A stretch of 62,945 nt of DNA, filler included, from Octopus bimaculoides (lineage: Eukaryota), in the NCBI RefSeq assembly GCF_001194135.2. It is 11 parts of 9 records of this genome, joined end to end, with 100 filler letters (N's around TTAATTAATTAA, not from the genome) between each part and the next. Parts side by side here need not be neighbours in the genome. Positions count along the whole stretch, not along the records: positions 35,968 to 45,374 come from NC_068991.1; positions 45,475 to 46,667 come from NC_068991.1; positions 46,768 to 50,509 come from NC_068981.1; positions 50,610 to 53,441 come from NC_068991.1; 7 more parts are not named here. One strand, given 5' to 3'. The translations under genes and the position numbers were made by a program. Positions 38,171 through 50,676 of this stretch are shown here, in pieces (position 1 is the stretch's first letter; each line of letters starts with the position of its first letter). The notes beneath the pieces were generated by a model. That model saw only the letters and a list, made by a program, of their open reading frames with translations, was not told the DNA's origin and made no database searches.

Positions 38171-38359
38171 TGGGGACAGGGAAGATTATCAAGAGGGCTT
38201 TAAGCACTTGGAAAACTATCGAAAGCTTAGCAATACCTAAGATTACAGGTATTAACCCGCTGCCCTCAAAAATTCTACCAGGAATAAGAATGAACTTGAG
38301 TCAAATAACCATTAATAATAATAACATATGCTCTCACATACATACATGTGGCTATAGAC

Positions 38360-38394
<35 letters not shown>

Positions 38395-40843
38395 TATATA
38401 TATACATACATATATATATATATATATACAAAATAAATAGACAGAACACTGAGTTAATCATTTAGACTCTTCAACATCAACTTTGATTACAATACCCTTG
38501 AGGTTTATATAAAACAACTGTTGGAAGAATTACATTTAAAACAAATACACACTTACACACATGCATACATACANNNNNNNNNNNNNNNNNNNNNNNNNNN
38601 NNNNNNNNNNNNNNNNNNNNNNNNNNNNNNNNNNNNNNNNNNNNNNNNNNNNNNNNNNNNNNNNNNNNNNNNNNNNNNNNNNNNNNNNNNNNNNNNNNNN
38701 NNNNNNNNNNNNNNNNNNNNNNNNNNNNNNNNNNNNNNNNNNNNNNNNNNNNNNNNNNNNNNNNNNNNNNNNNNNNNNNNNNNNNNNNNNNNNNNNNNNN
38801 NNNNNNNNNNNNNNNNNNNNNNNNNNNNNNNNNNNNNNNNNNNNNNNNNNNNNNNNNNNAAAATTAAAAATCTACATTGACAAAAGTTTGGCAATATTTC
38901 TACTTCTTTCTCCGAGAAGTGTCCGATGCAACGAAAATATTAATGTCTTGTGAAATATATCTTTTTATATTTATTTGATTATCTTTTTATTTATTTTTGA
39001 AATATGAACATTACAATTTTGGTAATATTAGAACTATTTCTGCATTCCTATACTGCACGTAACGAAAATTCAATCCACATCTTGTACACGTCTGTTAATA
39101 TTAAATCACATTGAATAATATTAGACTATAATTTATGCTTGGAATAAAACCAACAGTTTCTTGTAATATAAACCTCAGTATCTTTGGTATATTATTATAT
39201 TCTTTGGTATAATATAATTACTGAACACAGAAAAGTGTTCAGTAAAACTTTAGTATATAAATCATTTTATACTTACTTATTTTTGTAATATTTAGTGTTA
39301 TATCTGAGGTATTGAATAAAAATGAATTAATTTTCACATGTAATTTTCACGTGTAATGGTATCATAAAATATCATGTTGTCATTTTAAATTAATAACTTA
39401 TTAAAAATATTATTTGTTTAATTACTTTATTTATTGGTTATGATATTCTAATGAAATATCGCATATTCTATCTGATTATTTTTTCCTACCAAAAACTTCT
39501 TCATTTCCGTTTGCTCTTAATATACATCTAACAAATTAATACTTACTGTGCCAGACTATAGCATACAACACTATGTACACCGTGTTGAACTAGATGGCAC
39601 CTCTACACTACACTACAGCTTATACTATATTATGTTACACCGTATTTATACCAAATGACGCTATTACACTTCTATGTACCGACTACATGTCTCTACACCT
39701 CTATACTAATAAGGTTACACCGACTTTCACAAGATACTACTACACAAACCAAACGTTTTTTCACACATCTACACGATTTATTCTCTACAGTACGTTACAC
39801 AACTTTACGTTGAAATTCCCTACATTACACATTACTAAACGTCCACATACACCCTCTACATCGCAATACATGTCTACAAAATGTACACGCTGCTACACTA
39901 TAGTACACTAAGTTACACTTGACTACGCTACACTACGTTTACCTTCTATTCACACTACATCATAGTGTTTACACAACCACAATATATATATAAATATATA
40001 TAAATATATATAAATATATATATNNNNNNNNNNNNNNNNNNNNNNNNNNNNNNNNNNNNNNNNNNNNNNNNNNNNNNNNNNNNNNNNNNNNNNNNNNNNN
40101 NNNNNNNNNNNNNNNNNNNNNNNNNNNNNNNNNNNNNNNNNNNNNNNNNNNNNNNNNNNNNNNNNNNNNNNNNNNNNNNNNNNNNNNNNNNNNNNNNNNN
40201 NNNNNNNNNNNNNNNNNNNNNNNNNNNNNNNNNNNNNNNNNNNNNNNNNNNNNNNNNNNNNNNNNNNNNNNNNNNNNNNNNNNNNNNNNNNNNNNNNNNN
40301 NNNNNNNNNNNNNNNNNNNNNNNNNNNNNNNNNNNNNNNNNNNNNNNNNNNNNNNNNNNNNNNNNNNNNNNNNNNNNNNNNNNNNNNNNNNNNNNNNNNN
40401 NNNNNNNNNNNNNNNNNNNNNNNNNNNNNNNNNNNNNNNNNNNNNNNNNNNNNNNNNNNNNNNNNNNNNNNNNNNNNNNNNNNNNNNNNNNNNNNNNNNN
40501 NNNNNNNNNNNNNNNNNNNNNNNNNNNNNNNNNNNNNNNNNNNNNNNNNNNNNNNNNNNNNNNNNNNNNNNNNNNNNNNNNNNNNNNNNNNNNNNNNNNN
40601 NNNNNNNNNNNNNNNNNNNNNNNNNNNNNNNNNNNNNNNNNNNNNNNNNNNNNNNNNNNNNNNNNNNNNNNNNNNNNNNNNNNNNNNNNNNNNNNNNNNN
40701 NNNNNNNNNNNNNNNNNNNNNNNNNNNNNNNNNNNNNNNNNNNNNNNNNNNNNNNNNNNNNNNNNNNNNNNNNNNNNNNNNNNNNNNNNNNNNNNNNNNN
40801 NNNNNNNNNNNNNNNNNNNNNNNNNNNNNNNNNNNNNNNNNNN

Positions 40844-40876
<33 letters not shown>

Positions 40877-41819
40877 CCTATCTGTTTGTCTGTCTATCAC
40901 TGTCTGCCATCTATCAATCCACCTATGTATATATGTTTGTATAAAACCTTGTGCAATAACGATAACAACATCTCTACCACCATCATTATCTAAAACAAAA
41001 ACCTCCAGCACAACCATAGCAATAACATCAACATCCAAAACATTACAAAAAACATTTGAAACAAGCAACAACGACCATCTTAGAACTAACAAAAAACAGT
41101 AACTACAACAATAACAACAACATCAAACATAAAAGCCATAATGACAGAGGCATCGACAAGGAATAGTACATAAAACAACAACTACAATTTGGTTACTGCA
41201 AATATAAGAAACAGTGTGGAACAGAATAGCAACTACAACAACAATACTCATATCTATAGCTACAAGTGCAACACACTAGATCAAAAGTTACGAGTATAAC
41301 ACCAGCTGCAACATCGAAAATGGCAACAACTTCTATAAATGCAATAACTTTAACATCAAAAATCACAAGAACCACTTGTGCAACAAAAACAACGGCAACG
41401 AAGCTGCTGCTATTCGAATTGAAACCACCAAGGGGATTGCACATGAACAATTGACCTGTTAGAAATAACAGCTAAATTTCCCTCAAAATAGATTCTGTCG
41501 TCTTAAGTCAATAAAGGAATGGTTGGATAATGTAGTCTTGGATACGCGACACAATGTCTTGAAATCAGACGGGATTGTTACGGCTGGAATGATGTTGACT
41601 CTCCATAATTGTATAAATTACAAGAGTAAAAAAAAATAAGAAAATAAGAACAAAGAATAGAATATAGGAAAAAAAATTCAAGAATAGACAACAACAACAA
41701 CAACAACAACACAACAGTATCAAGAGCAATAAGAAATGCACAAAGAAGAGGATGAACAACAAGTAGAGATATGAAAAACAAAAAACAAAAACAAAAAAAC
41801 AAAAAGGCGTCGTACTTAC

Positions 41820-41836
41820 CACCAAGTTGCAGAGAC
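41820..41836 (-). other. Candidate 17-nt microexon of an unidentified gene
   Basis: Minus strand: CTAAC branch point, pyrimidine tract tcttttccttgttgcctatttacCAG, exon GTCTCTGCAACTTGGTG, donor GTAAGTAC. Confidence 0.5.
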
Positions 41837-41960
41837 CTGGTAAATAGGCAACAAGGAAAAGATCAGAAGAATGTTGGTTAGAAGAATTCCTGGTGCCATA
41901 ATTTGATTTCCATTGACTATATTAAGTAAACTACTTTTTTTAAATATATATTTTTTTATT

Positions 41961-42036
<76 letters not shown>

Positions 42037-42110
42037 TTTTCGTTATGTTTTGTTTTTCACTTTGTGTCTTGTACACGTTGTGGACTCCTTAAAAGAAAAG
42101 TGGTTGGACG

Positions 42111-42157
<47 letters not shown>

Positions 42158-43215
42158 TATTGTCTTCAGGGGAAATTCCGTAATCCTTTCGAAAAAAAAT
42201 TAAAAGGGGGGAAATCAACAGTAACTGTCCCAACACCGATTGTAGATGGTTTACAAGTGGAAGTTCTCGTTAATCAAAAGCTAAAACTACAAAAAAATAT
42301 CTTTAGCTTCAAGATCACTTAAAAGCCCAAGTGTTAAAAAAGCTTAACTGCCTCTGTTGGTAATCGCACACATTACACACATACACACACATACACGGAC
42401 ACGCATACATACAAACATACACAACAATCACACGCACAGGCACACTCACACTCATACTCACAACTCACCACTCATCATTCGTATCACTCGTCAATCATTA
42501 CTCGTCAGTCACTCACCATTCGCGAAATATAACGACAGCGGTTTGATAGTAATTAATGTTGATGATGATACGAACACATCACAGAAATGAGAATGGGAAT
42601 AATAATAGTGATGCTGATTGGTGATGTTGACGGTTTGTGGTGGTGGTTGTAGTAGTAGTAGTAGTAGTAGTAGTGGTAATAGTGGTGGTGGTGGTGGTGG
42701 TATTAGTAATGGTTGTAGCAGCAGGAGCAGTAATGATAATAATAATAATAATAATAATGATAGTAATAATAATAATAATAGTAATAGTTCTATGGGAGAA
42801 TAAAAAAAAAGAGGAAAAAATTATTTCAGTAACAAAAGCAAAACTTCAGAAGAGTAATGAAAAACAAACATACCCATAGACACACACACACACACACACA
42901 CNNNNNNNNNNNNNNNNNNNNNNNNNNNNNNNNNNNNNNNNNNNNNNNNNNNNNNNNNNNNNNNNNNNNNNNNNNNNNNNNNNNNNNNNNNNNNNNNNNN
43001 NATATATATATATATATATTAGGTATAGTTACATAGTATACACATGCATGCGCATATATGTCTATATCTATATTACTGTATCTATACAAGTGCGAGTGCT
43101 TGTGTGGATGTGAATCTATGCTATACCTACGTACCTACCTACTTACTTACCTACATACATACGTATATTCATACATACACACATATATATATATATATGT
43201 AATTATGTATATATG

Positions 43216-43246
<31 letters not shown>

Positions 43247-43543
43247 GCATAAGCATTTATGTATATATATATATGAATATTTATATTAGTGTATAAATAT
43301 ATATACATACATATGTATGCTTATGTATGTATCTATGTTATGCATAAATGTACACTCGCTGACTTATGCACACACACACATACACACACACACACGCGCT
43401 CACACACATGCACACACTTACACTCTCTCCCTCACACACACTCACACTCTCTCCCTCAGACACACACACACATGTTATCACATACGCACTGATAAAAATG
43501 GATCCACAGGCAGACAAGCAAACGTTATAAATAGACACGTAGG

Positions 43544-43615
<72 letters not shown>

Positions 43616-43996
43616 AAAACAGACAGACAGACAGACAGACAGAGACAGAGAAACAAACAGATATGCACTATACATGAAACATCTTAATTCATCTGAAAAA
43701 CAAGGCTTCATATAGAGTTCCACTAAATTACATCAGAGTGGGCCATAACTACTATGTGTTTTTGTGTATATATTACATACACATACACACACACACACTC
43801 AAATATACACATATGTATGCATGTATGCATGCATAACAAAACATGGGAAACTGTCTATATATATTCTCACAAGTTTTGTATTACTTTCTCTATATATACT
43901 TCGTGAAATCCGGAAAACCTTGATTCATAATAAACAGAGATACACATGCACTTCTAAATACTAGTTAGTTATCAAACAACACATACGTACATGCAT

Positions 43997-44044
<48 letters not shown>

Positions 44045-44817
44045 GAAGGTTTGAAAATGCACTTATTTTAAAGATANNNNNNNNNNNNNNNNNNNNNNNN
44101 NNNNNNNNNNNNNNNNNNNNNNNNNNNNNNNNNNNNNNNNNNNNNNNNNNNNNNNNNNNNNNNNNNNNNNNNNNNNNNNNNNNNNNNNNNNNNNNNNNNN
44201 NNNNNNNNNNNNNNNNNNNNNNNNNNNNNNNNNNNNNNNNNNNNNNNNNNNNNNNNNNNNNNNNNNNNNNNNNNNNNNNNNNNNNNNNNNNNNNNNNNNN
44301 NNNNNNNNNNNNNNNNNNNNNNNNNNNNNNNNNNNNNNNNNNNNNNNNNNNNNNNNNNNNNNNNNNNNNNNNNNNNNNNNNNNNNNNNNNNNNNNNNNNN
44401 NNNNNNNNNNNNNNNNNNNNNNNNNNNNNNNNNNNNNNNNNNNNNNNNNNNNNNNNNNNNNNNNNNNNNNNNNNNNNNNNNNNNNNNNNNNNNNNNNNNN
44501 NNNNNNNNNNNNNNNNNNNNNNNNNNNNNNNNNNNNNNNNNNNNNNNNNNNNNNNNNNNNNNNNNNNNNNNNNNNNNNNNNNNNNNNNNNNNNNNNNNNN
44601 NNNNNNNNNNNNNNNNNNNNNNNNNNNNNNNNNNNNNNNNNNNNNNNNNNNNNNNNNNNNNNNNNNNNNNNNNNNNNNNNNNNNNNNNNNNNNNNNNNNN
44701 NNNNNNNNNNNNNNNNNNNNNNNNNNNNNNNNNNNNNNNNNNNNNNNNNNNNNNNNNNNNNNNNNNNNNNNNNNNNNNNNNNNNNNNNNNNNNNNNNNNN
44801 NNNNNNNNNNNNNNNNC

Positions 44818-44938
44818 GATAGAATAAGTACCAAGCTTCCAAAGAATAAGTCCTGGGTCGATTTGCTCGACTAAATGTGGTGCTCCAGCATGACCACAGT
44901 CAAAAGACTGAAACAAGTAAAAGAGTAAAAGAGTAAAG
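44818..44938 (+). mobile_element. SINE family A, 3' fragment (emerges from gap)
   Basis: gatagaataagtacc...ccagcatgaccacagtc...aagtaaaagagtaaaagag. Confidence 0.88.
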
Positions 44939-44960
44939 TGTAATATATATATTTGGTAAA

Positions 44961-45303
44961 GGCGTATGGCTCAGTGGTTAGAATCAGGCTCACAATCACT
45001 AGGTAGGGAGTTTGAAATCCAAACCAGTCTTTGCGTTTTGTTCTTGAGCAAGACACCTCATTTCATGTGGCTCCAGTTCACTCATTTGCAGAAATGAGTT
45101 GCGACGCCACTGGTGGCTAGCTGTATCGGCTATTGCCTTTCCCTTGGATAACATTGGTTGCGCGGAGACGGGAGACTGGTATGCATAGGACTGCTGGTCT
45201 TCCATAAACAAACTTGCCTGAAGTTGTGCATCGGAGGGGAATTTTCTATGAGGTTTCTATGTGCAGTCCCATGATCATTCATGACCGAAGGAACCTTTAC
45301 CCG

Positions 45304-45305
<2 letters not shown>
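44961..45305 (+). mobile_element. tRNA-derived SINE with CORE-like domain (related to 4756-5000)
   Basis: A-box tggctcagtgg, B-box-like gagtttgaaatcc, and ttcttgagcaagacac...ctccagttcactca. Confidence 0.7.
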
Positions 45306-45340
<35 letters not shown>

Positions 45341-45590
45341 TAAAATCTGGTAATTAATCATATATTAATTAATANNNNNNNNNNNNNNNNNNNNNNNNNN
45401 NNNNNNNNNNNNNNNNNNTTAATTAATTAANNNNNNNNNNNNNNNNNNNNNNNNNNNNNNNNNNNNNNNNNNNNATATATATATATATATATACATATAT
45501 AAATATATATACATGTACAGTGGACCAAGTCAGTAGCGAAGAGAGACATTTAGGCCAGTTTTGCTTGAGGATTTCTTTCTCAATTCGTTT

Positions 45591-46346
45591 TCAGTTTGCC
45601 TTATGGAAGTTCAAGCTGGAAAGATTTTGAGAGTTTCTTGTAGGCTGCATATCCATGGTTCCCTTTGGTCTGTACATAGTCAGCTCTACCATGTTGTGAT
45701 CCGAGAGTAGTTTCGGTGTCACTTTCACATTATGGATGAGATCTATATTATTTGTGAAGCAGAGATCCAGTATGCTACCTGCCATGGTTGGTTGGAATAC
45801 TACTTGTTCTATGTACAAAGTGTTGATGAGGTTCAGGAGGGACTTCACCTGTCCTTGTTCACATCGTGCCATTCCTGGGAGAGAAAAGCCCCCAGGCCAT
45901 CTGACATTGGGTAGATTGAAGTCTTCCATAAGAAGTACACTTATGTGTTGTTCTAATGTAACTGGAACTAGTTTTGTAAGGCAGTCTTCAAACTTGCCTA
46001 CATGATTTGGAGCATCTGGAGGGCAATATGTAGCACATATAACTACATCGAGTTGTCTTATATGTACAAGAAGTGTGTCACATACTGAATTTGAGTGTGA
46101 CAAAAGGACCTGGGGTGTGAGGTCATCACGGATGTACATAGCAACTCCACCATGACACCTTTCTTTTCTGTCAGTCCTTAATAGAACATACTGTATGTGT
46201 ATTTCTGCATTTGTTATATCTGGTTTCAGGTGTGTTTCCATAAGTGCTATGCATAAGGCTTGATTGCATGCAACAAGGTCCCTCAGAATAGGAATTTTTG
46301 TCATGTTACTGAGTGTTAACAGTCCTCTGATGTTCAGTAAGAGCAC
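45591..46346 (-). mobile_element. Apurinic-like endonuclease (EEP fold) domain of a CR1-type LINE ORF2; RT part missing
   Basis: 251-aa open frame with LNIRGL, ETHL, RTDR...GGVAMY, YCPPD (cf. YRPP), EDFNLP (cf. GDFN), ILDLCF and LSDHN. Confidence 0.9.
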
Positions 46347-46349
46347 CGA

Positions 46350-46634
46350 TGTGATGTGTGTGTTTTTGCCAGTGGTGCCTACCTTCGATCTATTTGCTGT
46401 GGTGGTCTAGTGCATTGGGGATAATCCCATCTGTGAGACTGATGTAGCCAGGTCAGCTGCTGTATAATCTTTTGTGCCATGCAAAAAAAAAAAAGATTGT
46501 TGCTCAGCAGCTGCCCTTTCAACAACACATTGATAGGGCTGGTTTGTAGCACACATTACATCTGCGTATCTCCGTTTTGGGGCAATTGGTGTGTAGTCCT
46601 TTCCTTTTGGCAGGTGGTTTCTGCCCAGTTTCAT

Positions 46635-46667
<33 letters not shown>

Positions 46668-47050
46668 NNNNNNNNNNNNNNNNNNNNNNNNNNNNNNNNN
46701 NNNNNNNNNNNTTAATTAATTAANNNNNNNNNNNNNNNNNNNNNNNNNNNNNNNNNNNNNNNNNNNNAAATGCTTGTGCAAAACAACTTTTTGCGCTGCC
46801 TTGATTATACATAGCAGGGTAATTCCTTTTTGCAGGAGGTAGGACGGCAATTTCTGATGAAGCAATTGCTGGCGATCTGTTGCTACACAGTTCTGCCAGA
46901 ATTCTATCAGATTGGGCAGTAGATGATGATGCACCGTTTTGCATTATGTTCAAAGTAGCTTTTGGAATGTGGTGAATTGCTGCAGTCTGTTGCTGTCTTT
47001 TTAAACCCGTTGCTTTCTTTCCCCAGCAAGCTCTCTTGTTTGGAGGCATA
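46350..47050 (-). mobile_element. Degenerate ORF1 / 5' region of the same LINE (split by a gap)
   Basis: Directly upstream of and co-oriented with the endonuclease. Cys/His-containing frameshifted peptides. Assignment rests mainly on position. Confidence 0.4.
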
Positions 47051-47127
47051 ATCTATGTACATATTAAACAGAACAACAAAAGTTATAACAGATGAGAGGG
47101 TCGGTAGTTTTCACATTTCGGTAATTT

Positions 47128-47261
47128 TTCAGATTAACACCCGCACTATTACGTAACCCTAATCCTAAAACCGTAACCGTAACACTAATCCTCATCGTAA
47201 CCCTAACCCTAACCCTGTAACCCTAACACCCTAGTGAAAATCGTGCAGGTGTTAATCTGAA
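47128..47261. mobile_element. 134-bp MITE-like element with 19-bp TIRs around telomere-like repeats; partial inverted second copy at 47410-47460
   Basis: ttcagattaacacccgcac at 47128-47146 versus the reverse complement of 47243-47261, 18/19 match. Core is taaccc variants. The second copy carries agggttagggttagg. Confidence 0.75.
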
Positions 47262-47868
47262 TAATAATAATAATGACCTCTGCAGATCAAACTCTCAACC
47301 CACAACTAAGTCTTAAGTGTATATATATATGGGCAACACACACACACACATACACACTAAATAAAAAAATGTTAGTAAGTAAAAGTGTTTTAAAAAACAT
47401 TGTTAAATTTTCAGATTAACACCGGCACGGTTTTCACTACAGGGTTAGGGTTAGGACGAAAAAGTGGAAAATGTGGATTTCTATAAACTTTTAAAAAGGT
47501 TTCACAGATACAGAACTTCAGCATTATATATTAAGATGGGCAAAACACACACACACACACACTAAATAAAAAAAATGACAGGTATTTGTATGTATATGTG
47601 TATTAATGTGTATTCTGTGTCTATATATAGCAGTAAATAAATGCGTTTTAAGAAAGATATTAAGAAAATTCAGTTTGTAAGGAATAAATGTTTGACTGTC
47701 GATCGTATTTGGAAGAGTCTGACAGGTATTTGTATGTATGTGCGTATTTGTACGTATGTATGTATGAGTGAGTATTCAAAAACATCTATATTTACACTTT
47801 AAAGTTGGTTTTCACACTCAACCCTGTTCTGCAGAATCAGTGTAGCGACGGGAGGCTTGTACCCATCT

Positions 47869-48013
47869 CTACGTTCTGAGTTCAAATTCCACCGAAGTTG
47901 ACTTTGCCTTTCATCCTTTCGGGGTCTAAAAAATAAGTACCAGTTGGACACAGGGGTCGATATAATCGACTATTCTCCACCTGCCCAAAGCCGCTCTTGT
48001 GGGAAAAATTTAA

Positions 48014-48015
<2 letters not shown>
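47869..48015 (+). mobile_element. SINE family B, 5'-truncated
   Basis: ctacgttctgagttcaaattccaccgaagttgactttgcctttcatcctttcgggg. Confidence 0.85.
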
Positions 48016-48045
<30 letters not shown>

Positions 48046-48194
48046 CGTCTGNNNNNNNNNNNNNNNNNNNNNNNNNNNNNNNNNNNNNNNNNNNNNNNNN
48101 NNNNNNNNNNNNNNNNNNNNNNNNNNNNNNNNNNNNNNNNNNNNNNNNNNNCTGTCTCACACACATACACACGCACACACACACCTCTTGACTC

Positions 48195-48541
48195 ACTCAC
48201 ATTCTGTCTCTTACAAACATACCCATACATAAATGTATACAAACATATTTACAAAGACACACGTGTGTATGCGTGCGCGTGCGTGTTTGTAAGACAGAGT
48301 GTGAGTGAGTCAAGGGCTGTGTTGTCATATGCATACATCCAAAGATGTATGTATATTCATGCATGTACGTATACATGACAACAAATCTCTCTCTCTCACT
48401 CACACTCTGTCTCTTACAAACACACACATAATAAATGTATACAAACATATTTACAAAGACACATGTGTGTATGCGTGCTCCGGTATTGACATAAGAACGG
48501 CAAAACGCTTCACTCTCTATCTTGTGTGTGTTCGTGTTTTT

Positions 48542-48576
<35 letters not shown>

Positions 48577-49005
48577 TAAATACTACATACACACTGCTCT
48601 CTCACTCTGTCTCACACACATACACATGCACACACACACCCCTTGACTCATTCACACTCTGTCTCTTACAAACACACACATACATAAATGTATACAAACA
48701 TATTTACAAAGACACACATGTGTATGTGCGCGCGTGCGTGTTTGTAAGAGACATAGTGTGAGTGAGACAAGGGCTGTGTTGTCATATGCATACATCCAAA
48801 GATGTATGTATATTTATGCATGTACGTATACATGACAACAATTCTCTCTCTCTCACTCACACTCTGTCTCTTACAAACACACACATACATAAATGTATAC
48901 AAACATATTTACAAAGACACACATGTGTATGTGCGCGCGTGCGTGTTTGTAAGAGACATAGTGTGAGTGAGACAAGGGCTGTGTTGTCATATGCATACAT
49001 CCAAA
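48195..49005. repeat. Tandem repeat of about 204 bp (two full and two partial units), each unit made of hairpins
   Basis: gtctcttacaaac occurs at 48206, 48409, 48661 and 48866, giving periods of 203 and 205 within the pairs. Confidence 0.9.
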
Positions 49006-49314
49006 NNNNNNNNNNNNNNNNNNNNNNNNNNNNNNNNNNNNNNNNNNNNNNNNNNNNNNNNCGTAAATCATTGTTTTCATTTAATCCCCATTTTAATTTT
49101 CGTAAAAGTTTCCAAGTACCAATGAGGCTTTTTGGCACATCTTCAATTTTCCCCATTCATGAGAAGCGCCCAGCCATCATTCATCTGAGAGTCCATCTAC
49201 AAGATATTTTGCCTTTTTTTCTTCGAGTATATAAGCAACAATTTCATTCCCGAGCAACGCCAGGTGCTTCTGCTAGTATATTTAAATATATGCATATATA
49301 TTTATATATATATG

Positions 49315-49835
49315 TCATCATCATCATCATCATTGTTTAACATCCGCTTTCCACGCTCGCATGGTTCGGACGATTTGACTGAGGACTGGTGAACCAGATG
49401 GCTACACCAGGCTCCAATCTGATTTGGCAGAGTTTCTACAGCTGGATGACCTTCCTAAAGCCGACCACTCTGAGAGTGTCGTGGGTGCTTTTACATGCCA
49501 CCAGCATGAAGGCCAGTCAGGCGGTACTGGCAACGGCCACGCTCAAAATGGTGTATTTTACATGCCACCTGCACAGGAGCCAGTCCAGCGGTACTGGCAA
49601 CGATCTCGCTTGAATGTCTTTACACGTGCCACCAGTAAAAGTGCCAGGAAGGCGACGCTAGGCACAAATGCCATCACGATTTTGCTTTCATTTGCCCCAA
49701 CAGGTCTTTGCAAGCCGAGTTTAGTGTCCAATGAAGGAGATGATGTTGGCATGGGTGCCAGTCATCGAAGTGAGTTCGATTTCGATTTCACTTGCCTCAA
49801 CGGGTCTTCGCAGACGGAGTTTAGTGTCCAATTAT
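49315..49835 (-). mobile_element. SINE-like element with an RTE-type 3' end and (ATG)n tail
   Basis: (cat)n-tgtttaacatccgctttcc end, the same end as gaaagcggacgttaaacgatgatgat at 25235-25270. Internal short duplications. Confidence 0.7.
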
Positions 49836-49903
49836 GTATATATATTTATATATATATGTATATATTATATATATATTTAAATATATGCATATATATTTAT
49901 ATA

Positions 49904-49942
<39 letters not shown>

Positions 49943-49959
49943 TGAGGTTATGAGAAGTA

Positions 49960-50420
49960 ATGGTGTCAGTAAGACCCAAAGGTGTCAGGTACTGCTGAGT
50001 AAATGCTATGGATAGACCATAGTTAAGCTCCAGGTTCGGTGATTATGCGAATTAGGAGTCCAACATTGGTCATATATCAGCATGTGGATATATAAAAAAA
50101 ATTTTCAGTATGAGATAAAAAACCAAGGCTGTGAAGATTTTAGAACATTTATAAATAGAAGGTCTTACAGCAGTTTTCAGGATATTTATTATATCCCTTC
50201 ATCGGAGATGGTGTAAGAAAATGGTTAAGCAATAATTAATTTAGATAAGATATGAAATAGAGAGTGAAGTGGAGGAATGAAAATAGATGTGAAATATTCA
50301 GGGATATTGCATTTGTAGATCTATTATTTAGGCAGAATGGTATAGTAGAAGTTGCCCAATGACATATAATTTACACAAGTAGATAAACCAAAATTTCCCC
50401 AATCACAATATTTTTCCAAT
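49960..50420 (-). mobile_element. Possible Penelope-like element 3' remnant with a degenerate hammerhead-like motif
   Basis: Hammerhead-like motif at 50163-50208 downstream of a decayed peptide (...TSTIPFCLI...). The PLE assignment is inference. Confidence 0.3.
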
Positions 50421-50440
50421 CAATGTATTTTTCCAATCAC

Positions 50441-50478
<38 letters not shown>

Positions 50479-50609
50479 GTTTTTTTCTTCTTTCTTCAAA
50501 TTTTTTCCCNNNNNNNNNNNNNNNNNNNNNNNNNNNNNNNNNNNNNNNNNNNNTTAATTAATTAANNNNNNNNNNNNNNNNNNNNNNNNNNNNNNNNNNN
50601 NNNNNNNNN

Positions 50610-50676
<67 letters not shown>

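Noticed and set aside
42470-42620. Minus-strand GTGAGT donors
   Set aside because: They arise from (CTCA)/(CA) repeat decay and have no good acceptor.
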